From Hydrolagus colliei (taxonomy: Eukaryota): 64,000 nt of DNA. Each line of letters opens with the position of its first letter. The stretch's first letter is position 1. The position numbers and the translations under genes were made by a program. The notes under the pieces were generated by a model. It did not search any database, was not told the DNA's origin, and saw only the letters and a list, made by a program, of their open reading frames with translations. The stretch covers positions 2,604,001 through 2,668,000 of the forward strand of contig CM068752.1 of NCBI GenBank assembly GCA_035084275.1, read 5' to 3'. Shown piece after piece: positions 10,391 through 24,696 of the stretch.

Positions 10391-11204
10391 TTCCAACCAG
10401 GAAATACTACATGGACCTTTTGGTATTAACACAATATTATGCATAATACTGTCAGGAAACACTCATTTCCTCCCCTGGGGAAATGCACCAGTTACAGGGA
10501 GTTCGGAGCAATGAAATAATAAAGAAAGAAATCAATTTAGTACACAATAATAATCAATGCAATCAAGTTGATCTCTAGTAAGATGGGGGAAATACGATTC
10601 ACGTCAAACGGTTGGTATGTGAAGAGCAAGGAAAAATCTACAAGGTAGTCGGAATCCTTCCCAAAACACAGGAAGGTTTCCCTGCTGCAGTCAGGGGAAG
10701 GAAAGTTCTCTCAGTCTGCACAAAACATCTGGAAAGAGACATGACCTGCCAAATTACAGATCATTCTTGGCCATCCAAACAATAATGCAATAAAGAAAGC
10801 AGCTGCAGAGTCTGTCCAGAGCGATTTTGTTCAGATTAGCTCATTAAATAGTTGTAGATCTAATAATGATGATTGACATAACACAATCTTTTTATCTATC
10901 TAAGACCCAAACATTCAACAAACTATTTTGGCAACTATGGAAATGACAGATTTCAGTGTAAATACTCTGCAAAAGACTCTGGATTTTTAACTGTCCTGTT
11001 TTGGGCTTTCTTTCACATACCCGACTAAATTATGTGTTTTCTGATTCGCAAGAACTTGCATAAGAAGTTAGAAGCTACGTGGGCTGCAGATACAAGTTAG
11101 AGACCAGCGACATGATGGCACAAATCATTCAGCCTTTTGTTTGCCTGTTTTCCACCCCCATTTGCCTCTTCCTCTTGTACCCAGCTATAGATTCCTTCTG
11201 TTAT

Positions 11205-11385
11205 AAGAGTAGGGTTCAGTGGATGCCAATAGTCATTTGATCCCTTGCCCAAGAGTGTCAGATTGGCCTCTGGCCATGGAGCACATCACTGTCAAACCAT
11301 CTCCTATTGACACCTAGTGTTTACATACATACATTTTCTACCTGGGGTCACTGATAGGAATTTGGAATGATTTATCCCGGCTATT
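11205..11385. mobile_element. Old decayed SINE fragment (Deu-domain-like)
   Basis: Weak resemblance (ACTGTCAAACC..TCC, CTGGGGTCACTGATAGG) to recalled shark DeuSINE-type sequence. Confidence 0.3.
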
Positions 11386-14300
11386 TATTAGATCTTGTGA
11401 AGGGCTGTCACAAATTTATTGGTTAAATCAGTGACATCAGTAAATAACACACTGATTACTCAAGAGGTTCTTCTTCATGGCTGTGAAAGAATGAAATATG
11501 TTACCACTGAAATATAGACTCGCTGCTGTGTGAAATCAATTATGTGGCCAATGTTCACAGCATTCGTTGACAGAAGAGTTCCATCAACATAAGGTAATTC
11601 CTATTTTGTAGCAACTGATCCATTCCTTAAGTTTTATGTAACCACTATTTTGGGCTGGATTGTAAAGAAGAATCTAACTTTTCACTGGTACATCACAAAT
11701 GCATTAAGTGCTGTTCTAGGAATGTCAGATGATAGATTAGTCCCCAGCGGATCAGTTGGTCTCTTCCTGTAAATAAATTCACTGAATATTCTTGGTGTAG
11801 CATGTAATGTATGCAAACTTTGCACAGTTGGACTTCATCCCAAATTTTAACATGATAATTCTCTTGCCAACAGCAATCCACAACAAATAACAATGCAGAA
11901 CAGAATTCCATCTGTATTGTCTTTGATTTATGGTAATCGAGCATTGACCACAACTCAGAATGATTTAATTGACTGTGCTTTGAAAATAGCCTTGCAGATT
12001 CCTATACAGATCTGTTATTGTTTGTCCACAAAAGCACAGTTCCGCCACTTGACAATACATCATATGAACTGCTTTGGGATGTCCTCCCGACTTCAAAGGT
12101 GCAATATCAAATGTAAGGATTATTATTATTATTATGATTGATAATCAAAGTGTTTCACAAATATTTTGGTGGATAGTTAGAACTCAACTAGGACTTAATG
12201 TCTGTAATGTAAGGATAGAGGCTGGGAATGCTGACATACAGTCAAAATAAGTGTTCAAGTTATATCAGTCTATCAGCTGTTACCTATCTTTCCTATCTGT
12301 TGGATTTTACATTACCAAAGATTTAGTGCCTTTGTTGGTTTGAGTTTGTGGAAATTTTAATTCAACAAAACTCCTGTTTATGAAGAGGCCACATACCTAG
12401 CTTTGCTGATGGCTGTATTTGCTGAAGTAGAGCTTTTTATCTGAAACCGAAACAAACACAGGGATTAAGTCTGTATCAATCTGCCGTTACCTTTAAAACA
12501 CAAAAGTCTCTACTCTTTAGTAATTTAAAAACTTTTAAGTTCTCGTTCAAGCAACACATTTTTCATTTCTCCTCTAAAATGATAATGAAAAATGGTTAGC
12601 AATGCATTCGGAAGGTTAGGATGGAAGCGTTTCTGCAAGAGAATGATTCTTTTGTTTTAAAAAAATCATATTATTAAAGACATCCGCCATGCTGAAATCT
12701 CAAATGATAAACAGATTTTCCAAGTGATCATCATATGAATTAGATTATTGCCTGTAATTTAGTCCTGGGCATCAATTGTTCTTAACACAAACCAACATGC
12801 CTCTTGACTATCTTAAAGTCTCATAATTATTTCCAGGCACCCATTACTCTTTACACAAACCATCTTGTTTAAATTAGTCTTGCAATCTCTCTCATACATA
12901 TCTGTCTTTGCAGAGGTAGGTACACACACTCAAATAACAGTTCTTACAGAACTGTCTAATGGTTTTCTCAGGTGCATAATCAAATATGCTCTTTGGTTCT
13001 GAGGCTGTTTTAACTGTCAGGAAATGTTTGATGGAAAACACTCAGGTACAATTAATGCTGGATTTATAATTGTAACTTCTGAAATATTTTGTATTGTTCA
13101 TATGCCTTTAAGACAGTGTGGTGGCGAGCATCTTTGTGATTGCAACAATAATAATGGAATGGTTTACCCCAATGAGTGTTAGTCAGCAGTTCAAAGCCAC
13201 CCATTAACTACAATGAAGTAACTGGCAATTAATCGGGATTTAAGATTTGATGTAGAAAGCAGCGAATTTCATATTGGTACAGTAAAGGGTAATTTGAAAG
13301 TGCTCCTGGCCAGAAAATCACATCCTCCCAGTGTTTCAAGAAGTCTCAACAACATGATAAGACGCTATCACAAATATTATTATTATTCCTAGCATCACAT
13401 CCTTTTACAGTTCCAATTATTTTATACTCACCCCTTCCTGAGATCATTTTGCAAAATTGAAGTCTAATGCGAATAAGGGCAGGTAAATTGGAGTGAATGG
13501 ATTTGCTCTTTCAAATACAATTAAATATTAATTTGCAATTATAGTGTATAGCACCTTTTCGCATTGGGAGGATGTTCACTGCCAGCTGGGGCACCCAAAC
13601 TGGAGGTAGGAGCTGAGAGCCATGGGGACTCTATCCGTGCTGTAAAGTTCCATGTATCGAAAAGACTAACATTTGCCATCAATCACTAATTGACTATTTC
13701 GCTGTGGGGTAGTTGTCATTGTTGAGTCAGAAAATCCAGCCCTTCCTGCGTCGAACAGTCTGAGCTTTTGTCAGTTGCCAGATTACGCACATGATAAACT
13801 ACTTCTGAAAAAGTTAATTAGAGGAACAGAATTACACAAGCGGTGAACTGTGTAAGCAACAGGGATTCGGGCTGAACTGGTTCACTCCTACCATCCATCT
13901 CTAATGTACAGAAAGCAATCAGACCAGCCTCGGGCAGTTTGCGTTCCTTGCACAGCAAGCCTGACCCACACTAGTGAAGCCCGACCTCTAGTGGGTTAAC
14001 CTTGTCAATAGCAACTGTAACCGGGATTTAAACTGCTCTCCACCCATTGGGACATAGATCATTGTTTGGGAACTGTCGCTCAGTGGGAAGGGACGTGGGC
14101 CTGAGCTGCGGAAGGGAAGACGGTGGCGATGCTCTCACCTATTTCATGTTGAGATGTGTTGCCCATTGGGAAACTCACAGGATGTCCTACCATCCAGCCA
14201 GTGAGGCTCAAACCCACAGCTGGCAGATGTTGAACTACCTACTGGCGATTATCGTCCAGGGAGAGGTGGGAAGTAAGCCTGGTCCACTTGAAGCTGAACT

Positions 14301-14618
14301 GGCTCCAAGCTGACATGCCTGGCAATGGAATGTCTTACATCGAGCCAGTTGTCCGTGACGGACTCTAGTCCACGTGTTGAGCTAGGCAGGTCCACAATAT
14401 TCCAGGGCACCTTTGATAACCGCCCAGCCAGCTTGGCACACTAGTAGGATCTGGAAGGACATGCCAATCACTGGGGGGGCAGGGAGTTATCCTGTTAATC
14501 CTGCAAACCAAAGCCCTAATGGGTAGGATGGTCCTAGCTAGACAAGCTGAGGGAAAGCTTGCCGGACACCGTTATCAATGACAAAGCACATTCTGTGGTC
14601 ACCAAGCCTTGGCTATGT

Positions 14619-14922
14619 GTCCTGTAGCTCAATGGTTAGAGCACTCACCTTACAAACGAGAGACCTGGGTTCAATATCAGACAGGGTGAAACCTTGGACA
14701 AGATTCCTTACTCCACATGCCTGATAATAATACCCCACACAAACAAATTGGTCATTTCAATCCACGACTGTTTGTGGGACACTGCTGTGTGCAATTGGCT
14801 CCCTCGTTTCATCCACAAATATACAATGAATTCACTTTACAGCATCACTCCTGTGAAGCAGATTGGGACGTCTAGAAGACGTGGAAAATAATGATTGTAT
14901 CAATGCAAGGATTATTATTATT
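14619..14922 (+). mobile_element. tRNA-derived SINE
   Basis: GTCCTGTAGCTCAATGGTTAGAGCAC head to GGATTATTATT tail. Confidence 0.85.
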
Positions 14923-15367
14923 GCCAACCTGCGCCTAATACTCTCTGTAATTAGGTTACAGGAAGAGAGTGCACGTTCCATTGCAACAATCTACCTCTGG
15001 GATTTCCATGTGTGGGTGGGATGCATGCAAATCTCAGCTTGGTTTGGATACTGTTAAGCACGGTGATAGGTTTCCGCATGTGTCAGACACCCGGCTAACA
15101 AAAAAAATCACTATTCTGCAATTGTAACCCGGGGGTTAGCGACATTTTACTGTGGTTAATAAACTGTATATACTGACTGTATTTCTAAAAAAATATGGTG
15201 CTACTACACCACATGCTTTGTGAAAAATGTATTGAAGCAAAATAAAATCTACATTTCAATCAATCATATTAATACTTTAAATAGAACTCAATCTGATTTT
15301 ATCAGAAGCAGTGAAACACTAGGTTTGATGTATCTGCCAATTTCAGCAACACTCAAAGTGCATAAGG

Positions 15368-15689
15368 GTCCTGTAGCTCATTGCCTTAGAGCACTCGCCT
15401 TACAAATGTGAGACCTGTTCGAATCCAGGCAGGTCAGGGCAAAACCATGGGCAAGTTTCCTTTCTCCATTCACACGTCTAATAATAATCCCCCACCAAAA
15501 AAACACAATAAATAAAATTTGTCATTTCAACCCACGACTGTTTGTGGGACACTGCTATGCACAATTGGCTGCCGCATTTCGCCCACAAATATACAGTCAA
15601 TTCACTTTACGGTATATTCTATGAAGCGCTTTGAGACGTTGATAAGATGTGAAAAGCTCTATATCAAATGCAAGGATTATTATTATTAT
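15368..15689 (+). mobile_element. tRNA-derived SINE
   Basis: A and B boxes, body and (ATT)n tail. Confidence 0.9.
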
Positions 15690-17139
15690 AAGAGATGTGA
15701 CCAGATTTCAGGTAAATGGGTAAGATTTAATGCCTTGCTCGGAGGCTGCTATTTGATATTCAGAAACGATTTCAAATGTTTCCATATTAATGATCCAGGA
15801 AGTGATTGAATGGATTGCATTTCACCACAATGTCTGCTCCTTAATGTAAGGACCCCTGATAATGTAAAAAATATTATTATTACTGAACTTTGAGATGCGA
15901 GGACTGCAAGCCCCTCACCAACTCGAAGGTGGTAGGAATTCGACAATCACATCAACATCACAAAATGCTTTGCCGAACCATTCAGTTGGAATATTCCGTA
16001 ACATGAGGATGTAACACCAGTGAATCCACCCACTGAGATTCTAGAAATAGATATTTTATAGAAATATACAGTATATATAATATATAATAGTATCATCTCT
16101 CTAACTAGTTTCAAGCAGCAAGACAAAAATACCAGAAGAACTTGAGAACAATTATGCTAAATTAGAACAGATTCACTCTCTGTGTGGCTCCACAGCTGAC
16201 CTCTGAATTATTCAAATTCATCTCAAATGTAATCTGTGCCATATCTGAGCTCTCTCGCTCACTCACTCACTATCGGAGCATAGTGAGTGAGTGAGATACA
16301 ATGCTGGCCTTTCAGTAGCGTTGCCTCTGGGTAGAAGGAAAAGAATGAGATTATTTAGGCAGATGAATTGCAGAATATTTCCAGAGATGCCCCCTCTGTG
16401 ACAGGACCTTATACAGTAATAATAATCATTATCCTTGCATTTGATATAGCGCTTTTTGCATCTTATCGACGTCTCAAATATCCTTGGGAGTGACCTAGAT
16501 TTCTGGCCATTGTTGGGAAGATCAGCCTTTGGAGACTCTTCGAACATTTACATTGGTTGGCAGATCTGGTGATTGATTCAGGACTACCAAATAGTCTTGT
16601 TTTTTTTCCCCCCAGTAACAAATCCTTTGTGAAACTCTGGAGAAAATGTCTTTGTGTGTATAGTGTCCTCCGCAAATGTTTTGCAGAGCAGTGGTTCAAC
16701 TCACTGAGGTCTCAATCTATGACCTACGACAAGCGTGAGCCTTTCTGTTGATTCAGAATCCTCCCAGTTCTTTTAGAGATAACTCACTGGGAGTACTGTA
16801 TTGTGTGAGGGTTTCACCTGTTTTAGAGGCATTGAAAATCGTTCACGGTTCGTATGTTTTAATGAGCCACATACACACACACACACACACACACACAGTG
16901 ATCGAATAATCTAGACGATTACAGACAAAATATCTGTGTGTCCACCACCAAGAACGCGATAACCAATTGACGAAGAGATATAATTTATACCTCATCGGAA
17001 GAGGGAGATCTTGCAAGGAGAGGGTGGGGGGAGTGTCATGGGCATATTGTTTTCAGTGGATTTCCTATGATTGATATTAAAATAGGCTTTAATTAAGACC
17101 CACCCCAAAAAAGGTATGAATAGTGTTCTGGGGTTTGAG

Positions 17140-17745
17140 GGGCAGAGGCTAGGGAGTGAGGGGGAGGGGCTGGGGAGTGAGGGGAGGATCTGAGAGCTGG
17201 GGGGAGGGGCTGGAAGCAGGGGGAGGGGCTGTGGAGGGGAGGGGCTGTGAGCATGGGGAGGGGCTGTGAGCAGAGAGAGGGCCTGGGGAGGGGAGGGGCT
17301 GTGAGCAGGGGGGAGGGGCTGTGAGCATGGGGAGGGGCTGGAAGCAGGGAGAGAGGCTGGGGAGGGGCGCTGGGGAGGGGCTGTGAGCAGGGGGGGAGGG
17401 GCTGGGGAGGGGCACTGGGGAGGGGCTGTGAGCAGAGGGGAGGGGCTGGGGGGGGGCTGGGAGAAGGGGGGAGGGGCTGTGAGAAGGGGAGGGGCTGGGA
17501 GCAGGGGCTTGGGAGGGGCTGGGGGAGGGCCTGGGAGCAGGAGGGAGGGGCTGTGAGCAGGGGCTGGGGTGGGGCTGAGGGGAGGGGCTGGGGTGGAGCT
17601 GGGGGGAGGGGCTGTGAGCAGGGGCTGGGGTGGGGCTGGGGGGAGGGGCTGTGAGCAGGGAGGGGCTGGGGGAGGGGCTGTGAGCAGGGGGGAGTGGCTG
17701 GGGGGAGGAGCTGGGGGGCCTGGAAGGGCGGGGGGGGGGGGGGGC
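17140..17745 (+). repeat. G-rich minisatellite (unit approx. GGGGAGGGGCTGTGAGCA) upstream of UBTD2
   Basis: Many imperfect tandem copies; explains the spurious Pro-rich ORFs. Confidence 0.9.
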
Positions 17746-18110
17746 AAAGGGCTGGTGTCGGGAGCGTGCACTGCCCGCTGCTGCGTTGTGTGTCGAGGCC
17801 GCGCTGGTGTCGGGAGCGCGGGCGGGGGGCGCGGCCTGGAGGCTGGAGCGCGCGCGCGGAGGGAGCCATGGGCGGGTGTGTGGGCTCCCAGCGCGGCTCC
17901 GCGGGCAGCCTGACCGAGGCCTCGGACACGGCGGGAGGTGAGAGCGGCAGCGGGGCCTGAGGTGGGGGCGGGCGGGGTGGAGGGAAGGTGAGGCCGGGGA
18001 CAGACACAAAGGCCTCGGGAGCCGGGGAGCCGCCAGCGGCAGCTCCGGGGCCTCGGCCTAGTGTGTGTGTGAGTGAGTGTCCCCGGCCCCGCATTGACTA
18101 AAGCCGGTCA
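17745..18110 (+). promoter_or_regulatory. CpG island at UBTD2 promoter/exon 1
   Basis: High GC and CpG density (GCGCGCGCGCGG, GGGGCGGG GC boxes) around the start codon. Confidence 0.8.
17868..17937 (+). CDS. UBTD2: Ubiquitin domain-containing protein 2, coding exon 1
   Basis: Kozak GCCATGG; MGGCVGSQRGSAGSLTEASDTAG; 70 nt, donor GAG|gtgaga. Confidence 0.92.
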
Positions 18111-18630
18111 CTGTGTGTGTGTGTGTGTGTGTGTCTGTATAATGTGTCTGTGTGTCTGTGTGTCTGGTCTAATGTCTGTGTGTCTGTATAATGTGTGTGT
18201 GTCTGTGTGTCTGGTCTAATGTCTGTGTGTCTGTATAATGTGTGTGTGTGTGTCTGTATATGTCTTTGTGTGTCTGTATGTTTGTGTCTGTCTTGTCTGT
18301 GTCTGTATATGTGTCTGTGTGTGTGTGTGTCCGTCTGTGGATGTCTATCTTGTCTGTATTTGAATGTGTGTCTATGTGTGTGTGTGTGTGTGTCTTGTCT
18401 GTATTTGGGTGTGTCACTCTATGTGTGTGTCTGTCTGCATGTGTCTCTGTAAGTGTCCGTATATGCGTGTGTGTCTCTGTATGTCTGCGTGTGTGTCTCT
18501 GTATGTCTGCGTGTGTGTCCCTGTGTGTCTATGTGTGTGTGTGTCTGTATGTGTCTCTTGTGTGTTTATATGTCTCGGTCAGTATGTCTGTCTTTGTGTG
18601 TGTGTGTGTGTCTGTATGTGTGTGTGTGGG
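18110..18630 (+). repeat. Degenerate (TG)n/(TGTC)n simple repeat
   Basis: Directly visible. Confidence 0.9.
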
Positions 18631-21600
18631 TAATAATACAATAAATACTAATGATAATCTTTGCGTTTTTTTATCTACAATTTCGCACAATTTACTGCGG
18701 TTCGGTCACGAGCAACGTTATGTACTGTTCTGTGTGACAGGCCTTGGGGTATCCACCCCCCCCCCCCCCCCCCCCCCCCGTTGAACATTGTGCATTAGTT
18801 CTGGAGGCTGGGATTCATTCGCCACAGAAGTTTCAGTGAGGTTCAAGCACTTCTTGGGCGCTACGCTGTGTGAGGTGATGCTATATAAATGCCACAATAA
18901 CAACTTGCGAGTTGTTAATCTTTTGCTGCTCCATTTCCTGCGGATTGCCAGCAAGCTGTATCCATAAAGGACGGGTATATCATTTCTGTGTGTACAGAAA
19001 GTAGTGTCTGCAGTAGATGCATTTATATTAATTATTGCTTATTACATCCAGTGGAATAAGTATCTCCTATCACTGTTACCACTACACCTGTAGTGAGACA
19101 ACTGGACCGGTTCATTTCATTATTGTTGTCAACATAGGCCTGGACTGTCTCTTCCAGTCTTCATAATAATATAATACAGTGTGTCTCTTTCTGTCTTCAT
19201 AGCAATAACGTAATACATTCATTCTCATCAACAACAGCACAAATTATATTTGTACAGCATCTTTCACGTCAAGAGGATGTCCCAAGGCGCTGGACAGTCA
19301 CAGTCTTTATTATAATAATAATAATGAAATACATTGTGTCTCTTCCCCTCTTCATTACAACGATAATAAGATATCTGTTCCTGTCTTTGTGATAGAATGG
19401 TTCACTTTGCAGCCAGAATGAGAACTCTTTCCCCCCACCCCTCCCAGGGTAGTTGATTTTGGATAAGTCAGATTAGGATCAATGATTGTGAAAGTTGAAC
19501 AAATCAGTAAAGAAAAGAGTCAAATAGTAAACGTGGTTGTTTTTCTTTTACAGGGAAGCCTTCTCTGAGGGAATTCAAATGGCCACAGGAAAGTCCAGTG
19601 TGAGAGTAGGTGATGTGTTAGTTTTAGTGAGATTTTATTACTTTTAAGAATAGTTTTAGAGAAAACGACCTTATAAGAATGGTGAGAGTGACAAAGAATA
19701 TGTGGAGGTGAGGGGTTTGAGGTAAATCCAGCTGGCACAACTTCCTTCATCCTGTGAAGTACCTTATGCTGTGCATCGCACAGGTCTGTCATTTGCGATC
19801 TTCCAGGTTTGAAAGCTCTGCGCCATTGCCAGACTTGACTGACGCACATTTCCCTCCACTTCATTCAGAAGTTTCTGGTGCTCAAGGGTCTGATTTTGGA
19901 GTAGTGCTAACATATGTCCTTTCCTATCCATTTCTCTTTTCTACTGGGTCTGTAGATTCCACTCAAAACACCTAATCAATGGGTATTGGTATGTTTTGTG
20001 CTGTTTAGCAGAGGGTTTTAAATGCTCAGTTGCTAACATGCAACAACAACAATAACAAAATTACAGGAACTTCTGTGCAGATAGCTTTAACAATGGTATT
20101 TTAATTTTTGACACAGATTTTTGCTTTATGTAATGTTTGGGTATGCAAACATTACTGAATGTTACAATATACAAGAGACAAATCCTTTGTTTTGAAATCT
20201 TTTAGCAAAGTACTCTGTGTTCAGACATGTTCAAAATGAGCCTTTTTTTTCCTCTCGGTGAACTAATAGTTCAGACAACAAACACGTAGGCAGTATGTTA
20301 TGCTCTTCATATTTGTACAGCATTTTTCCTTTCTTCCCCATGATTTTAGCATTTATGATTTCCAGACTCCCAGCTTGTGTTGCTTTCTTTTGGAATTTAA
20401 TTTTAAGATAACAATACTTCTGATGAATAGAACATGTTGGAATGCACTGCCAACTATTAAAAAAAAAGCCTTTGAACAGATAGCTGCAATATGTTCTACA
20501 GTAAAATATGCTCTTTTCTCAGCTGTTCTGCTTTGGATATGTTAGCAGCAGACTCCAGAGTAGTGATTGTAGTGCCAACAAAAGTAAATTGTATTTATCA
20601 AGAGGTTATTGTGTAATTAAATGTACTCCCCCCCCCCCCCCAAAGAAAGAACACTTGTGTGGCCATGCCAGGCCTGATGCTGAGATTGCAGCTGCATGTG
20701 TACAAAAGCAGCTGTGATGAATGCAGTGGCTTCACTATAGAGCTGGTCATGCTGTTGATTTGGGATTGTGAACAATGGTTATCAATATGAGTAAATTTAA
20801 TATTATTTTTCTCAGATGGGATAACTTCAGGTGTACAAATTCAGGTGCTTCCTAGTTTAATCACAGAAACATTTTATTTAGAATTTTCACCGTTCTATCA
20901 CTTATTGAGATAATAGATGTCATTATCTAAATTGAGTTTACAATGACCAGAATAATTAAGTCACATCCTGCTCTGAGTCATCGATAAAGGGTTATTGCTC
21001 TCAGCGCCTTGGGACGTCCTCCCGACGTGAGAGACGCTCTATCAATGTAATTTTGTTGTTATTGTTGTTCACGGGAAGCTGACCTAAAAAAAATGTTTGT
21101 GCCTTTTCATATTCACAAAGCAAGGAGATAGGGAGTGAGGAATAGTTTATTCTGGCTCAGGACAGGTGTGTAAAGCACAGAGGATTATCAGGCAAGTGGA
21201 CACAGCTCAAAATAGTACATCCCTCTACAGGTACAGTATTAGTGTTTTGTAAAAGGAAAATACAGTACAACATTGTAAAATATTCAAAGGATTCAGAGGA
21301 TGTCCCATAAACTGCCCATTCTTTGCCTGGGGTTTATCATTTGAGTTCCAACATTAGCTTGCAGCCATGTATAGTTCCATGTTGCCCATTATATTTAAAG
21401 TACTAAATAAATTGCAATGGATCAGCCGAACGCTTGAGTAAGATGTTACACTTTCCACTTTGTGGTCAAGTCTTCAGGTTTCTCATCTTTACAAATTATT
21501 GAACCAAGTGTTTTGCTTTTTTTTACAAAAAAAATCCCATGTTTTTATTGAGGTGCAGAAAAAAAGAGAAATGCTAAGTATTCAGTTGGTTTTTTTAAAA

Positions 21601-21861
21601 GAGACACATTTTGTAGTTTACAATGTATTCAATGTGAAACAGTGCTATACAGTTGCTGGTTCTTTAGTTTTATACTTCACATACTTCACAAAGTGGTTCT
21701 ATTCTTCCTGTCATCTCCAATCCTTGGCTCCCACCAATCTACACTTAATACTCTCTGGAATTAGATAAGAAGATTATCTAATTTCAGGGAGAGACTGCAC
21801 ATTCTAATCCAGATGCGCAGAAATTGCCATGTGTCGGCATATGGTTTGGATACTCTTAAGT

Positions 21862-22145
21862 AACAACAAATTGCACTTGTATAGTGCCCTTCACATTGGA
21901 AAGATGGTAGTCAAGGGTTTTTGGACCCTAGCTGGGAGTTAGGGTCAGGAGGTTGGAGGATAGGAAGGTTGGGGCTGGAGGGCAGGGTGGCCAAAGGCAT
22001 GTTGAAGAGGAAAGTCTAGACTTGGAGGAGGCAAGAGAGAGGGTGAGGCAGATGGGATTGTGGGATAGACTTTCAGGTTTGGGGGAAGAGTTGTTGAATG
22101 CCCAATCGCCAATGGTGGGGGCGGGATATACGGTGATGGATAGGA
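21862..22145 (-). mobile_element. L2 3' fragment
   Basis: ACAACAAATTGCAC tail and PTIGDWAF-type ORF2 end on minus. Confidence 0.7.
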
Positions 22146-22875
22146 TGGTGTTCTGCATTTGCTGCTTCTCTATTTGCAATGAGCCATTGAATGAGTCGGA
22201 TAGAAACCTGGATGAACCCTGGAGATGGTCTTACTTTGAAAGACTATTTCCAGCCACAGAGATCAACCACTAATTTTTAGTAGCCAATTAGGTCATTCTC
22301 CATCAAAGTAAAACCTGCGTTCTCAGGACCTTTTCTCAGTCAAGTAGCGTATCTTAGAAATCACGATTCCATTTCTTCAACAAAGACCCACTCCCATCTA
22401 ACTCTAATGTGGAATGTCAGCAAGACATTTAATTATTGAAGTGAGACTCCATTGGTTTAAAATAGTGAAAATCTAAATTAAGAGGAGTTGTTGGAGCATG
22501 CCTTGAGGTACAGCTGCTCTTGCCAACTTTAACAGTGTCGTCAGTCTCAGATGCCATGTAACTGTGAACAAGCTGCCTACAGTGCGGGGTGGATAGATCT
22601 CTGCTTGCTAAGTCAGGCTCCTTTCTGTTGTATTGAGAAGTCTAGAAGACAAAGCACTTTGAGACGTTCAGAAGACGTGAAATGCGCTGTACCAAATGCA
22701 AGGATTCTTATTATTATTGGAATCATTTTTGTTCCTATGATGGCAATTACTGTAAAGCACTTTGAAACAATTTGACATAATGTGTTATAAAAATGCAAGT
22801 TTATTCCTTCCTCTATGATATGGGGATGACCTTCACTGCCAGCAATCCACAATTCCTTTCCCTTGCATTGAACCA

Positions 22876-23045
22876 TAATAATAATAATCCTTGCATTTGT
22901 TATAGCGCTTTGCACGTCTTCTAGATGTCTCAAAGCCGTTCACAGAATAAAGTGAATTGAATTGACTGTATATTTTGTGAACAAAACGCAGCAGCCAATT
23001 GCGCACAGCAGTGTCCTGCAAACAGTCGTGGATTGAGTGATCAAA
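22876..23045 (-). mobile_element. SINE 3' half
   Basis: Dominant SINE body and tail reversed. Confidence 0.8.
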
Positions 23046-23428
23046 TTATTATTTAAGTTGCATATTTCTGTGGACCCTAGCTCTTCCTGTTTTGCGAGAT
23101 GATCCATGGGGACATATAGTGTCACAGGCAAGATGTCCTGTATCTCATTTTCTAATTGCACAGATTTCTTTTGCTGGTAATTGAGAGAAATGATTTGCTT
23201 ATAGTACATGTTTTTTGCTAATGGAGGTTTTGTGGTGGTCTTCGCTGTGATTTCAGAGGCATGTGGAGTAAGGAAACTTCCCCAACGTTTCGCCCTGTCT
23301 GGGAATTTGTACCCAGGTCCGATTGATTGCGAAGCGAGCGCTCTAACCTCTGAGCTACAGGACAGTAGGTTTTAAATATTATTAGGAATTATTACAAATT
23401 GTTTATTTTGTTCGTTCGTTTGTTTCAG

Positions 23429-23665
23429 TGGCTTTGGGGCGCAATCAACCCCTGAAGAAAGAAAAGCCCAAATGGAAGAGTGATTATCCAATGACGGACG
23501 GACAGTTACGCAGTAAGAGAGATGAATTCTGGGACACTGCCCCTGCCTTCGAAGGTCGAAAGGAGATCTGGGATGCTCTCAAGGCCGCGGCTCATGCTTT
23601 TGAAGGCAATGATCATGAACTCGCCCAAGCAATCATTGATGGTGCAAATATAACTCTACCACATG
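23429..23665 (+). CDS. UBTD2: Ubiquitin domain-containing protein 2, coding exon 2
   Basis: [59 protein letters not shown]; acceptor tttcag, donor gtaggt; 237 nt. Confidence 0.97.
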
Positions 23666-23974
23666 GTAGGTGCAGTACCGCTTCATACATGTAGCACTTT
23701 AGTTATCTTTATTACATCCTCATGTGTGGAGTCCTCAGATGAAGCTCCTGCAGTATAAAATAACCGTGTAGTAATTCAATTGTGAATCGAAGTGTAACCC
23801 ACACCAGGTTGAAATTAGTTTCCATAGGTTTTCAATCAATAACTGATTTGGTCAGTAATTATAATGCTTGCTGGAATTTTTGTTTGAGAACTTTTCATAA
23901 TACCGTTGACACTTATTGAATTTTGAGTTCAAATGTTCAGTTTGGATTGGAAGGAATACCAATCTCATATTAGG

Positions 23975-24260
23975 AGACAAAATCCGATTTAAAATGGTCA
24001 TTAAAACAATCAAGAGGGGAGGTGAGGAGAACTGTTTTCACACAGTGAGTTGTTCGGATCGGGAATGTATTGCCTGAAAGGGTGGTTGATCCGATAATAA
24101 CTTTTAAAAGAGAAGTCGATAGTTATTTTGGGAGGACGGGTTTGCAGGGTTATGGGGAGAGTGTGGGGCAGTGGGATTGATTTGGATAGCTCCTTTCAAA
24201 AAGCCAGAACAGGTACGATGGGCCAAATGGTGGAGCACTCTACAGTATAATTCTATGATG
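23975..24260 (+). mobile_element. CR1-like LINE 3' end
   Basis: GAGGTGAGGAGAACTGTTTTCACACAGTGAGTTGTT..GGGAAT..GATGGGCCAAATGG..TTCTATGAT typical of CR1 3' termini. Confidence 0.7.
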
Positions 24261-24696
24261 ACTACATGGGTCATCCAAATATTGTCATTTTGCAATGTTG
24301 TAATTGCTTTATCAAGAAGCTGCACTGTAAAATACAGCCTACTGTGATTATTAATAGTACCAGTGAAATGTGGTACCATACAATTGCAAAATGGTTTTCA
24401 AATCTTTTATGATATCGAGCTATTAAAACTTAATACAATCATAAAAAGTTATTTGGAAAAGTTATCAATCTCATGCTCAGAACAAAGTTTCCCAGAATCG
24501 TTTGATTTCACGTCAAGAAAAGGCACTTTTTTTTTTCTGTGAAGCGCTTTGAGACATCTGGAAGATGTGAAAACCACTATATCAAACGCAAGGATTGTTG
24601 TTATTAATTTTAATGTGGGTACGTGAAGGGTAGAACAGTCACTGTCTGGTGCAGACCAGAAAACAAACTGCAGAGTGCTCCACCTTGTGGTTTTGC

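Noticed and set aside
16992-18094. Long Pro-rich ORFs (259-333 aa) on minus
   Set aside because: Products of the G-rich minisatellite and CpG island, antisense to UBTD2 exon 1
18169-18784. Cys/Val-rich ORFs
   Set aside because: Translation of the (TG)n repeat
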